A program made the position numbers and the translations under genes. Shown here in pieces: positions 20,623 through 39,967 of a stretch of DNA of 64,000 nt. The first letter of the stretch is position 1. Each line of letters begins with the position of its first letter. Source of the stretch: the human T2T-CHM13v2.0 reference genome, Homo sapiens; the NCBI RefSeq assembly GCF_009914755.1, contig NC_060948.1; one strand, 5' to 3'. The notes beneath the pieces are model-generated. The model was not told the DNA's origin, did not search any database, and saw nothing but the letters and a program-made list of their open reading frames with translations.

Positions 20623-22725
20623 AGATCCATATTTTTTAAATGAAAAAAAATTTCAAAGGTACTCTGCTTGGTACAATAATCAAATGTATAAACTGAGGAA
20701 TAAAACATAACCATGAAACCTACTTATAACTGCATATGGAAAATACAGAGGATAATTTTTTAAATAACATATTTTGAAAGCCTTAACTAGTAATTTGAAG
20801 AGTTGGCATTTGAAAGGCCAGAATGAATATACCTTCAAAGCAGCAACATAGGTTCCCCATGAGAAAAAGCAAACTCAGGGAAAATAAAACCACAAAGGTT
20901 CAATCTCTTCTGACCTTTGAAAGACACAGCACAGACAGTGGTCCTTAGGACGAAGAGCAGGAGACCCCTAATTCCGTCACCATGGCGATAGGGCATAAAC
21001 ACTGCTGGGTGAGGGCACAATCCACATTGTGAGGTCCAACTGCTGCCAGGAAGACAGGAGTGCTTTTACATAGACCGAAAGTTCATTGAAGGCTCAGAGT
21101 TTTGTTTCAAGAACTGAATCCCAAGCCCACACGTTATTAGGCTGCGCTTCTTAAAACAAGTTATGAGATGGGAAAAAGGGCACCCACAAACATACGTATA
21201 CATTATGTATATAATAATATACAGTATCATATATATAATATATATAACCTATGTATAATATTGTTTTACATCCTGCATCTTATATTATATATATTGTGTA
21301 AAATATAATAATTGATAATATATAAGTTTTATATTTATACAATATGACATATAGTATATATTATAATTTATGACATATATAATATATGTTATATATCATA
21401 TATAGAATATATTATACGGTTAATATACGTATTAAATATAAATTATACATTATATGTATTATATATAATATATCTGCTATATATAATACCCATTATGCAT
21501 AATATATATATTATGTCTATGTTATGCATAGTATAAAACAACATATAATAATATATAATTGTGTATATAAAATGCGACATATAATATATATTATATTTTA
21601 TGACATCTGTAATATATATTATATATTATATATAATACATTGTATGTATAATACCTATATTAAATATATATTATATGACTATGTTATTAATTACATGTCA
21701 CATATGTTATATATTATATATTTTACATAGAATATACCGGTTACATACAATATATACTATGTTACCTATAATGTATAATATATTACATGTAAAATAAAGA
21801 ATGCAATATATTATGTGTAATTTATAATATACAATATGTGGAATGTGATATATATAACATATAATATATGATATATGATATACAGTATATGATATATAAC
21901 ATACAATATATGATACCTAATATATATGGTATACAATATATATTTTATGATATGTATTCTATATGTTTTATATTCTGTTATATATAACTATTTGAAATTA
22001 TATATAACTGTATAATATTTTATGTAAATATGTAATATAATATATATAACTATATAATATATTATATATAACTATATATTATGTTATATATACTTTTATA
22101 ACTTAATTTACATAAAATATCATAGTATAATATATATTATATTACTTCATATTACATAATATATATTACATATCACCCAATATAAGTAACATACATAATA
22201 TTATAATATGCATTATATTATGTTATATTAAATATCATATATATCATGTATCATATATTCTATAATATATATTATACATTATATAATATGTATGTTGTCT
22301 ATTATGTGATATATATAACTATATATAATTATATTATTATACATATAACTAGATAAACATGTAATTCTACATAATTTCATTTATAATGTATAGAATTATA
22401 TAATCATATATAATTATTTATATTCTATAAAAAATTATATCATTATATAAATTATAATATATAAAAATTATAATACGTACTACAAATATATATATTATAT
22501 ATCATATATGATATAGTACCTTTGTTATATATCATAGTACATATAAATGTGTATTATGTTATCTATAATTATATAATTTCATATATAAGATGTATAATAT
22601 GTATTATATATTATATATGTTATGTAATATATATAGTATATATAAGATAACACAGGATAAATATTATATACTATGACATATAAAATATATGAGGTTATAT
22701 GTTACATATAAGGCATAGCACATAA

Positions 22726-23040
<315 letters not shown>

Positions 23041-25141
23041 AGATCCATATTTTTTAAATGAAAAAAAATTTGAAAGGTACTCTGCTTGGTAGAATAATCA
23101 AATGTATAAACTGAGGAATAAAACATAACCATGAAAGCTACTTATAACTGCATATGGAAAATACAGAGGATAATTTTTTAAATAACATATTTTGAAAGCC
23201 TTAACTAGTAATTTGAAGAGTTGGCATTTGAAAGGACAGTATGAATATACCTTCAAAGCAGCAACACAGGTTCCCCATGAGAAAAAGCAAACTCAGGGAA
23301 AATAAAACCACAAAGGTTCAATCTCTTCTGACCTTTGAAAGACACAGCACAGACAGTGGTCCTTAGGACGAAGAGCAGGAGACCCCTAATTCCGTCACCA
23401 TGGCGATAGGGCATAAACATTGCTGGGGGAGGGCACAATCCACATTGTGAGGTCCAACTGCTGCCAGGAAGACAGGAGTGCTTTTACATAGACCGAAAGG
23501 TCATTGAAGGCTCAGAGTTTTGTTTCAAGAACTGAATCCCAAGCCCACACGTTATTAGGCTGCGCTTCTTAAAACAAGTTATGAGATGGGAAAAAGGGCA
23601 CCTACAAACATACGTATACATTATGTATATAATAATATACAGTATCATATATATAATATATATAACCCATGTATAATATTGTTTTACATCCTGCATCTTA
23701 TATTATATATATTGTATAAAATATAATAATTGATAATATATAAATTTTATATTTATACAATATGACATATAGTATATATTATAATTTATTACATATATAA
23801 TATATGTTATATATCATATATAGAATATATTATACGGTTAATATACGTATTAAATATAAATTATGCATTATATATATTATATATATTATATCTGCTATAT
23901 ATAATACCCATTGTGCATAATATATATATTATGTCTATGTTATATATAGTATAAAACAACATATAATAATATATAATTGTATATATAAAACGCGACATAT
24001 AATATATATTATATTTTATGACATATGTAATATATATTATATATTATATATAATACGTTGTTTGTATAATACCTATATTAAATATAAATTATATGACGAT
24101 GTTATTAATTTCATGTCACATATGTTATATATTATATATTTTACATAGAATATACCGGTTACATACAATATATACTATGTTACCTATAATGTATAATTTA
24201 TTACATGTAAAATAAAGAATGCAATATATTATGTATAATTTATAATATACAATATGTGGAATGTGATATATATAACATATAATATATGATATATGATATA
24301 CAGTATATAATATATAACATACAATATATGATACCTAATATATATGGTATACAATATATATTTTATGATATGTATTCTATATGTTTTATATTCTGTTATA
24401 TATAACTATTTGAAATTATATATAACTGTATAATATTTTATGTAAATATGTAATATAGTATATAACTATATAATATATTATATATAACTATATATTATGT
24501 TAGATATACTTTTATAACATAATTTACATAAAATATCATAATATAATATATATTATATTATTTCATATTACATAATATATATTACATATCACCCAATATA
24601 AGTAACATACATAATATTATAATATAGATTATATTATGTTATATTAAATATCATATATATCATGTATCATATATTCTATAATATATATGATACATTATAT
24701 AATATGTATGTTGTCTATTATGTGATATATATAACTATATATAATTATATTATTATACATATTACTAGATAAACATGTAATTCTACATATTTTCATTTAT
24801 AATATATAGAATTATATAATCATATATAATTATTTATATTCTATAAAAAATTATATCATTATATAAATTATAATATATAAAAATTATAATATGAACTACA
24901 AATATATATATTATATATCATATATGATATAGTACCTTTGATATATATCATAATATATATAAATGTGTATTATGTTATCTATAATTATATAATTTCATAT
25001 ATGAGATGTATAATATGTATTATATATTATATATGTTATGTAATATATATAGTATATATAAGATGACACAGGATAAATATTATATACTATGACATATAAA
25101 ATATATGAGGTTATATGTTACATATAAGGCATAGCACATAA

Positions 25142-25456
<315 letters not shown>

Positions 25457-27579
25457 AGATCCATATTTTTTAAATGAAAAAAAATTTCAAAGGTACTCTG
25501 CTTGGTACAATAATCAAATGTATAAACTGAGGAATAAAACATAACCATGAAACCTACTTATAACTGCATATGGAAAATACAGAGGATAATTTTTTAAATA
25601 ACATATTTTGAAAGCCTTAACTAGTAATTTGAAGAGTTGGCATTTGAAAGGCCAGTATGAATATACCTTCAAAGCAGCAACACAGGTACCCCATGAGAAA
25701 AAGCAAACTCAGGGAAAATAAAACCACAAAGGTTGAATCTCTTCTGACCTTTGAAAGACACAGCACAGACAGTGGTCCTTAGGACGAAGAGCAGGAGACC
25801 CCTAATTCCGTCACCATGGCGATAGGGCATAAACATTGCTGGGTGAGGGCACAATCCACATTGTGAGGTCCAACTGCTGCCAGGAAGACAGGAGTGCTTT
25901 TACATAGACCAAAAGGTCATTGAAGGCTCAGAGTTTTGTTTCAAGAACTGAATCCCAAGCCCACACGTTATTAGGCTGCGCTTCTTAAACAAGTTATGAG
26001 ATGGGAAAAAGGGCACCTACAAACATAAGTATACATTATGTATATAATAATATACAGTATCATATATATAATATATATAACCCATGTATAATATTGTTTT
26101 ACATCCTGCATCTTATATTATATATATTGTATAAAATATAATAATTGATAATATATAAATTTTATATTTATACAATATGACATATAGTATATATTATAAT
26201 TTATTACATATATAATATATGTTATATATCATATATAGAATATATTATACGGTTAATATACGTATTAAATATAAATTATACATTATATATATTATATAAA
26301 ATATATCTGCTATATATAATACCCATTGTGCATAATATATATATTATGTCTATGTTATATATAGTATAAAACAACATATAATAATATATAATTGTATATA
26401 TAAAACGCGACATATAATATATATTATATTTTATGACATATGTAATATATATTATATATTATATATAATACGTTGTTTGTATAATACCTATAATAAATAT
26501 AAATTATATGACTATGTTATTAATTTCATGTCACATATGTTATATATTATATATTTTACATAGAATATACCGGTTACATACAATATATACTATGTTACCT
26601 ATAATGTATAATTTATTACATGTAAAATAAAGAATGCAATATATTATGTATAATTTATAATATACAATATGTGGAATGTGATATATATAACATATAATAT
26701 ATTATATATGATATACAGTATATGATATATAACATACAATATATGATACCTAATATATATGGTATACAATATATATTTTATGATATGTATTCTATATGTT
26801 TTATATTCTGTTATATATAACTATTTGAAATTATATATAACTGTATAATATTTTATGTAAATATGTAATATAATATATAACTATATAATATATTATATAT
26901 AACTATATATTATGTTATATATACTTTTATAACATAATTTACATAAAATATCATAATATAATATATATTATATTATTTCATATTACATAATATATATTAC
27001 ATATCACCCAATATAAGTAACATACATAATATTATAATATAGATTATATTATGTTATATTAAATATCATATATATCATGTATCATATATTCTATAATATA
27101 TATGATACATTATATAACATGTATGTTGTCTATTATGTGATATATATAACTATATATAATTATATTATTATACATATTACTAGATAAACATGTAATTCTA
27201 CATATTTTCATTTATAATATATAGAATTATATAATCATATATAATTATTTATATTCTATAAAAAATTATATCATTATATAAATTATAATATATAAAAATT
27301 ATAATATGTACTACAAATATATATATTATATATCATATATGATATAGTACCTTTGTTATATATCATAATACATATAAATGTGTATTATGTTATTTATAAT
27401 TATATAATTTCATATATAAGATGTATAATATGTATTATATATTATATATGTTATGTAATATATATAGTATATATAAGATGACACAGGATAAATATTATAT
27501 ACTATGACATATAAAATATATGAGGTTATATGTTACATATAAGGCATAGCACATAACATGTAATATATATCATATATAA

Positions 27580-27870
<291 letters not shown>

Positions 27871-29975
27871 AGATCCATATTTTTTAAATGAAAAAAAATT
27901 TCAAAGGTACTCTGCTTGGTACAATAATCAAATGTATAAACTGAGGAATAAAACATAACCATGAAACCTACTTATAACTGCATATGGAAAATACAGAGGA
28001 TAATTTTTTAAATAACATATTTTGAAAGCGTTAACTAGTAATTTGCAGAGTTGGCATTTGAAAGGCCAGTATGAATATACCTTCAAAGCAGCAACACAGG
28101 TTCCCCATGAGAAAAAGCAAACTCAGGGAAAATAAAACCACAAAGGTTCAATCTCTTCTGACCTTTGAAAGACACAGCACAGACAGTGGTCCTTAGGACG
28201 AAGAGCAGGAGACCCCTAATTCCGTCACCATGGCGATAGGGCATAAACATTGCTGGGTGAGGGCACAATCCACATTGTGAGGTCCAACTGCTGCCAGGAA
28301 GACAGGAGTGCTTTTACATAGACCGAAAGGTCATTGAAGGCTCAGAGTTTTGTTTCAAGAACTGAATCCCAAGCCCACACATTATTAGGCTGCGCTTCTT
28401 AAAACAAGTTATGAGATGGGAAAAAGGGCACCTACAAACATACGAATACATTATGTATATAATAATATACAGTATCATATATATAATATATATAACCCAT
28501 GTATAATATTGTTTTACATCCTGCATCTTATATTATATATATTGTATAAAATATAATAATTGATAATATATAAATTTTATATTTATACAATATGACATAT
28601 AGTATATATTATAATTTATTACATATATAATATATGTCATATATCATATATAGAATATATTATACGGTTAATATACGTATTAAATATAAATTATACATTA
28701 TATATATTATATATAATATATCTGCTATATATAATACGCATTATGCATATTATATATATTATGTCTATGTTATATATAGTATAAAACAACATATAATAAT
28801 ATATAATTGTATATATAAAATGCGACATATAATATATAATATATTTTATGACATATGTAATATATATTATATATTATATATAATACGTTGTATGTATAAT
28901 ACCTATATTAAATATATATTATATGACTATGTTATTAATTACATGTCACATATGTTATATATTATATATTTTACATAGAATGTACCGGTTACATACAATA
29001 TATACTATGTTACCTATAATGTATAATTTATTACATGTAAAATAAAGAATGCAATATATTATGTATAATTTATAATATACAATATGTGGAATGTGATATA
29101 TATAACATATAATATATGATATATGATATACAGTATATGATATATAACATACAATATATGATACCTAACATATATGGTATACAATATATATTTTATGATA
29201 TGTATTCTCTATGTTTTATATTCTCTTATATATAACTATTTGAAATTATATATAACTGAGTAATATTTTATGTAAATATGTAATATAATATATATAACTA
29301 TATAATATATTATATATAACTATATATTATGTTATATATACTTTTATAACATAATTTACATAAAATATCATAATATAATATATATTATATTATTTCATAT
29401 TACATAATATATATTACATATCACCCAATATAAGTAACATACATAATATTATAATATAGATTATATTATGTTATATTAAATATCATATATATCATGTATC
29501 ATATATTCTATAATATATATTATACATTATATAATATGTATGTTGTCTATTATGTGATATATATAACTATATATATAATTATATTATTATACATATAACT
29601 AGATAAACATGTAATTCTACATATTTTCATTTATAATATATAGAATTATATAATCATATATAATTATTTATATTCTATAAAAAATTATATCATTATATAA
29701 ATTATAATATATAAAAATTATAATATGTACTACAAATATATATATTATATATCATATATGATATAGTACCGTTGTTATATATCATAATACATATAAATGT
29801 GTATTATGTTATCTATAATTATATAATTTCATATATAAGATGTATAATATTTATTATATATTATATATGTTATGTAATATATATAGTATATATAAGATGA
29901 GACAGGATAAATATTATATACTATGACATATAAAATATATGAGGTTATATGTTACATATAAGGCATAGCACATAA

Positions 29976-30290
<315 letters not shown>

Positions 30291-32395
30291 AGATCCATAT
30301 TTTTTAAATGAAAAAAAATTTCAAAGGTACTCTGCTTGGTACAATAATCAAATGTATAAACTGAGGAATAAAACATAACCATGAAACCTACTTATAACTG
30401 CATATGGAAAATACAGAGGATAATTTTTTAAATAACATATTTTGAAAGCCTTAACTAGTAATTTGAAGAGTTGGCATTTGAAAGGCCAGTATGAATATAC
30501 CTTCAAAGCAGCAACACAGGTTCCCCATGAGAAAAAGCAAACTCAGGGAAAATAAAACCACAAAGGTTCAATCTCTTCTGACCTTTGAAAGACACAGCAC
30601 AGACAGTGGTCCTTAGGACGAAGAGCAGGAGACCCCTAATTCCGTCACCATGGCGATAGGGCATAAACATTGCTGGGTGAGGGCACAATCCACATTGTGA
30701 GGTCCAACTGCTGCCAGGAAGACAGGAGTGCTTTTACATAGACCGAAAGGTCATTGAAGGCTCAGAGTTTTGTTTCAAGAACTGAATCCCAAGCCCACAC
30801 GTTATTAGGCTGCGCTTCTTAAAACAAGTTATGAGATGGGAAAAAGGGCACCCAAAAACATACGTATACATTATGTATATAATAATATACAGTATCATAT
30901 ATATAATATATATAACCTATGTATAATATTGTTTTACATCCTGCATCTTATATTATATATATTGTATAAAATACAATAATTGATAATATATAAGTTTTAT
31001 ATTTATACAATATGATATATAGTATAAATTATAATTTATGACATATAATATATATGTTATATATCATATATAGAATATATTATACGGTTAATATACGTAT
31101 TAAATATAAATTATACATTATATATATTATATATAATATATCTGCTATATAAAATACGCATTATGCATATTATATATATTATGTCTATGTTATATATAGT
31201 ATAAAACAACATATAATAATATATAATTGTATATATAAAATGCGACATATAATATATAATATATTTTATGACATATGTAATATATATTATATATTATATA
31301 TAATACGTTGTATGTATAATACCTATATTAAATATATATTATATGACTATGTTATTAATTACATGTCACATATGTTATATATTATATATTTTTCATAGAA
31401 TGTACCGGTTACATACAATATATACTATGTTACCTATAATGTATAATTTATTACATGTAAAATAAAGAATGCAATATATTATGTATAATTTATAATATAC
31501 AATATGTGGAATGTGATATATATAACATATAATATATGATATATGATATACAGTATATGATATATAACATACAATATATGATACCTAACATATATGGTAT
31601 ACAATATATATTTTATGATATGTATTCTCTATGTTTTATATTCTCTTATATATAACTATTTGAAATTATATATAACTGAGTAATATTTTATGTAAATATG
31701 TAATATAATATATATAACTATATAATATATTATATATAACTATATATTATGTTATATATACTTTTATAACATAATTTACATAAAATATCATAATATAATA
31801 TATATTATATTATTTCATATTACATAATATATATTACATATCACCCAATATAAGTAACATACATAATATTATAATATAGATTATATTATGTTATATTAAA
31901 TATCATATATATCATGTATCATATATTCTATAATATATATTATACATTATATAATATGTATGTTGTCTATTATGTGATATATATAACTATATATATAATT
32001 ATATTATTATACATATAACTAGATAAACATGTAATTCTACATATTTTCATTTATAATATATAGAATTATATAATCATATATAATTATTTATATTCTATAA
32101 AAAATTATATCATTATATAAATTATAATATATAAAAATTATAATATGTACTACAAATATATATATTATATATCATATATGATATAGTACCGTTGTTATAT
32201 ATCATAATACATATAAATGTGTATTATGTTATCTATAATTATATAATTTCATATATAAGATGTATAATATTTATTATATATTATATATGTTATGTAATAT
32301 ATATAGTATATATAAGATGAGACAGGATAAATATTATATACTATGACATATAAAATATATGAGGTTATATGTTACATATAAGGCATAGCACATAA

Positions 32396-32710
<315 letters not shown>

Positions 32711-34838
32711 AGATCCATATTTTTTAAATGAAAAAAAATTTCAAAGGTACTCTGCTTGGTACAATAATCAAATGTATAAACTGAGGAATAAAACATAACC
32801 ATGAAACCTACTTATAACTGCATATGGAAAATACAGAGGATAATTTTTTAAATAACATATTTTGAAAGCCTTAACTAGTAATTTGAAGAGTTGGCATTTG
32901 AAAGGCCAGTATGAATATACCTTCAAAGCAGCAACACAGGTTCCCCATGAGAAAAAGCAAACTCAGGGAAAATAAAACCACAAAGGTTCAATCTCTTCTG
33001 ACCTTTGAAAGACACAGCACAGACAGTGGTCCTTAGGACGAAGAGCAGGAGACCCCTAATTCCGTCACCATGGCGATAGGGCATAAACATTGCTGGGTGA
33101 GGGCACAATCCACATTGTGAGGTCCAACTGCTGCCAGGAAGACAGGAGTGCTTTTACATAGACCGAAAGGTCATTGAAGGCTCAGAGTTTTGTTTCAAGA
33201 ACTGAATCCCAAGCCCACACGTTATTAGGCTGCGCTTCTTAAAACAAGCTATGAGATGGGAAAAAGGGCACCCACAAACATACGTATACATTATGTATAC
33301 AATAATATACAGTATCATATATATAATATATATAACCTATGTATAATATTGTTTTACATCCTGCATCTTATACTATATATATTGTATAAAATATAATAAT
33401 TGATAATATATAAGTTTTATATTTATATTATATGACATATATTATATATTATAATTTATGATATATATATTATATGTTATATATCATATATAGAATATAT
33501 TATACGGTTAATATACGTATTAAATATAAATTATATATTATATACATTATATATAATATATCTGTTATATATAATACCCATTATGCATAATATATATATT
33601 ATGTCTATGTTATATATAGTATAAAACAACATATAATAATATATAATTGTATATATAAAAGGTGACATATAATATATATTATATTTTATGACATATGTAA
33701 TATATATTATATATTATATATAATACGTTGTATGTATAATACCTATATTAAATATATATGATATGACTATGTTATTAATTACATGTCACATGTGTTATAT
33801 ATTATATATTTTACATACAATATACCGGTTACATACAATATATACTATCTTACCTACAATGTATAATTTATTACATGTAAAATAAAGAATGCAGTATATT
33901 ATGTATAATTTATAATATACAATATGTGGAATGTGATATATATAACATATAATATATGATATATGATATACACTATATGATATATAACATACAATATATG
34001 ATACCTAATATATATGGTATACAATATATATTTTATGATATGTATTCTATATGTTTTTTATTCTGTTATATATAACTATTTGAAATTATATATAACTGTA
34101 TAATATTTTATGTAAATATGTAATATAATATATATAACTATATAATATATTATATATAACTTTATATTATGTTATATATACTTTTATAACATAATTTACA
34201 TAAAATATCATAATATAATATATATTATATTATTTCTTATTACATAATATATATTACATATCACCCAATATAAGTAACATACATAATATTATAATATAGA
34301 TTATATTATGTTATATTAAATATCATATATATCATGTATCATATATTCTATAATATATATTACACATTATATAATATGTATGTTGTCTATTATGTGATAT
34401 ATATAACTATATATATAATTATATTATTATACATATAACTAGATAAACGTGTAATTCTACATATTTTCATTTATAATATATAGAATTATGTAATCATATA
34501 TAATTATTTATATTCTATAAAAAATTATATCATTATATAAATTATAATATATAAAAATTAAAATATGTACTTAAAACAGATATATTATATATCATATATG
34601 ATATAGTACCTTTGTTATATATCATAATACATATAAATGTGTATTATGTTATCTATAATTATATAATTTCGTATATAAGATGTATAATATGTATTATATA
34701 TTTTATATGCTATGTAATATATATAGTATATATAAGATGACACAGGATAAATATTATATACTATGACATATAAAATATAAGAGGTTATATGTTACATATA
34801 AGTCATACCACATAAGATGTAATATATATCATATATAA

Positions 34839-35130
<292 letters not shown>

Positions 35131-37257
35131 AGATCCATATTTTTTAAATGAAAAAAAATTTCAAAGGTACTCTGCTTGGTACAATAATCAAATGTGTAAA
35201 CTGAGGAATAAAACATAACCATGAAACCTACTTATAACTGCATATGGAAAATACAGAGGATAATTTTTTAAATAACATATTTTGAAAGCCTTAACTAGTA
35301 ATTTGAAGAGTTGGCATTTGAAAGGCCAGTATGAATATACCTTCAAAGCAGCAACACAGGTTCCCCATGAGAAAAACAAACTCAGGGAAAATAAAACCAC
35401 AAAGGTTCAATCTCTTCTGACCTTTGAAAGACACAGCACAGACAGTGGTCCTTAGGACGAAGAGCAGGAGACCCCTAATTCCGTCACCATGGCGATAGGG
35501 CATAAACATTGCTGGGTGAGGGCACAATCCACATTGTGAGGTCCAACTGCTGCCAGGAAGACAGGAGTGCTTTTACATAGACCGAAAGGTCATTGAAGGC
35601 TCAGAGTTTTGTTTCAAGAACTGAATCCCAAGCCCACACGTTATTAGGCTGCGCTTCTTAAAACAAGCTATGAGATGGGAAAAAGGGCACCCACAAACAT
35701 ACGTATACATTACGTATATAATAATATACAGTATCATATATATAATATATATAACCTATGTATAATATTGTTTTACATCCTGCATCTTATACTATATATA
35801 TTGTATAAAATATAATAATTGATAATATATAAGTTTTATATTTATACTATATGACATATATTATATATTATAATTTATGATATATATATTATATGTTATA
35901 TATCATATGTAGAATATATTATACGGTTAATATACGTATTAAATATAAATTATATATTATATACATTATATATAATATATCTGTTATATATAATACCCAT
36001 TATGCATAATATATATATTATGTCTATGTTATATATAGTATAAAACAACATATAATAATATATAATTGTATATATAAAAGGTGACATATAATATATATTA
36101 TATTTTATGACATATGTAATATATATTATATATTATATATAATACGTTGTATGTATAATACCTATATTAAATATATATGATATGACTATGTTATTAATTA
36201 CATGTCACATGTGTTATATATTATATATTTTACATACAATATACCGGTTACATACAATATATACTATCTTATCTACAATGTATAATTTATTACATGTAAA
36301 ATAAAGAATGCACTATATTATGTATAATTTATAATATACAATATGTGGAATGTGATATATATAACATATAATATATGATATATGATATACAGTATATGAT
36401 ATATAACATACAATATATGATACCTAATATATATGGTATACAATATATATTTTATGATATGTATTCTATATGTTTTTTATTCTGTTATATATAACTATTT
36501 GAAATTATATATAACTGTATAATATTTTATGTAAATATGTAATATAATATATATAACTATATAATATATTATATATAACTTTATATTATGTTATATATAC
36601 TTTTATAACATAATTTACATAAAATATCATAATATAATATATATTATATTATTTCTTATTACATAATATATATTACATATCACCCAATATAAGTAACATA
36701 CATAATATTATAATATAGATTATATTATGTTATAGTAAATATCATATATATCATGTATCATATATTCTATAATATATATTACACATTATATAATATGTAT
36801 GTTGTTTATTATGTGATATATATAAGTATATATATAATTATATTATTATACATATAACTAGATAAACGTGTAATTCTACATATTTTCATTTATAATATAT
36901 AGAATTATGTAATCATATATAATTATTTATATTCTATAAAAAATTATATCATTATATAAATTATAATATATAAAAATTAAAATATGTACTTAAAACAGAT
37001 ATATTATATATCATATATGATATAGTACCTTTGTTATATATCATAATACATATAAATGTGTATTATGTTATCTATAATTATATAATTTCGTATATAAGAT
37101 GTATAATATGTATTATATATTTTATATGTTATGTAATATATCTAGTATATATAAGATGACACAGGATAAATATTATACACTATGACATATAAAATATAAG
37201 AGGTTATATGTTACATATAAGTCATACCACATAAGATGTAATATATATCATATATAA

Positions 37258-37549
<292 letters not shown>

Positions 37550-39675
37550 AGATCCATATTTTTTAAATGAAAAAAAATTTCAAAGGTACTCTGCTTGGTA
37601 CAATAATCAAATGTATAAACTGAGGAATAAAACATAACCATGAAACCTACTTATAACTGCATATGGAAAATACAGAGGATAATTTTTTAAATAACATATT
37701 TTGAAAGCCTTAACTAGTAATTTGAAGAGTTGGCATTTGAAAGGCCAGTATGAATATACCTTCAAAGCAGCAACACAGGTTCCCCATGAGAAAAAGCAAA
37801 CTCAGGGAAAATAAAACCACAAAGGTTCAATCTCTTCTGACCTTTGAAAGACACAGCACAGACAGTGGTCCTTAGGACGAAGAGCAGGAGACCCCTAATT
37901 CCGTCACCATGGCGATAGGGCATAAACATTGCTGGGTGAGGGCACAATCCACATTGTGAGGTCCAACTGCTGCCAGGAAGACAGGAGTGCTTTTACATAG
38001 ACCGAAAGGTCATTGAAGGCTCAGAGTTTTGTTTCAAGAACTGAATCCCAAGCCCACACGTTATTAGGCTGCGCTTCTTAAAACAAGCTATGAGATGGGA
38101 AAAAGGGCACCCACAAACATACGTATACATTATGTATATAATAATATACAGTATCATATACATAATATATATAACCTATGTATAATATTGTTTTACATCC
38201 TGCATCTTATACTATATATATTGTATAAAATATAATAATTGATAATATATAAGTTTTATATTTATACTATATGACATATATTATATATTATAATTTATGA
38301 TATATATATTATATGTTATATATCATATATAGAATATATTATACGGTTAATATACGTATTAAATATAAATTATATATTATATACATTATATATAATATAT
38401 CTGTTATATATAATACACATTATGCATAATATATATATTATGTCTATGTTATATATAGTATAAAACAACATATAATAATATATAATTGTATATATAAAAG
38501 GTGACATATAATATATATTATATTTTATGACATATGTAATATATATTATATATTATATATAATACGTTGTATGTATAATACCTATATTAAATATATATGA
38601 TATCACTATGTTATTAATTACATGTCACATGTGTTATATATTATATATTTTACATACAATATACCGGTTACATACAATATATACTATCTTACCTACAATG
38701 TATAATTTATTACATGTAAAATAAAGAATGCAGTATATTATGTATAATTTATAATATACAATATGTGGAATGCGATATATATAACATATAATATATGATA
38801 TATGATATACAGTATATGATATATAACATACAATATATGATACCTAATATATATGGTATACAATATATATTTTATGATATGTATTCTATATGTTTTATAT
38901 TCTGTTATATATAACTATTTGAAATTATATATAACTGTATAATATTTTATGTAAATATGTAATATAATATATATAACTATATAATATATTATATATAAAT
39001 ATATATTATGTTATATATACTTTTATAACATAATTTACATAAAATGTCATAATATAATATAGATTATATTATTTCATATTACATAATATATATTGCATAT
39101 CACCCAATATAAGTAACATACATAATATTATAATATAGATTATATTATGTTATATTAAATGTCATATATATCATGTATCATATATTCTATAATATATATT
39201 ATACATTTTATAATATGTATGTTGTCTATTATGTGATATATATAACTATATATAATTATATTATTATACATATAACTAGATAAACATGTAATTCTACATA
39301 TTTTCATTTATAATATATAGAATTATATAATCATATATAATTATTTATATTCTATAAAAAATTATATCATTATATAAATTATAATATATAAAAATTATAA
39401 TACGTACTACAAATATATATATTATATATCATATATGATATAGTACCTTTGTTATATATCATAGTACATATAAATGTGTATTATGTTATCTATAATTATA
39501 TAAATTCATATATAAGATGTATAATATTTATTATATATTATATATGTTATGTAATATATATAGTATATATAAGATGACACAGGATAAATATTATATACTA
39601 TGACATATAAAATATATGAGGTTATATGTTACATATAAGGCATAGCACATAACATGTAATATATATCATCTATAA

Positions 39676-39967
39676 TTTTTTTTTAGACAGAGTCTTGTCC
39701 TGTTGCACAGGATGGAGTACAATGGCGCCATCTTTGCTCACAGCAACATCTGCCTCACGGGTCTAAGCGATTGTCCTCCCTCAACCTCCCAGGTAGCTGG
39801 GACTACACCACACTGGGACTACACCAGCTGCCACCAGGCCTAGCTAATTTTTTGGATTTTTAGTAGTGACAGCGTTTCACTGTATTGGCCAGGATGGTCT
39901 TGATCTCTTCACCTTGTGATCCCCTTGCCTTGGCCTCCAAATTTGCTGGGATTACAGGCCTGAGCCA
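39676..39967 (-). mobile_element. Diverged Alu, unit 17
   Basis: Matches the unit-6 variant. Confidence 0.95.

Noticed and set aside
28634-28978. Tyr/Ile-rich ORFs (also 14460, 16875, 21524, 23484, 50396 etc.)
   Set aside because: Translations of TA-rich low-complexity DNA that are open only in units with chance stop-codon loss.
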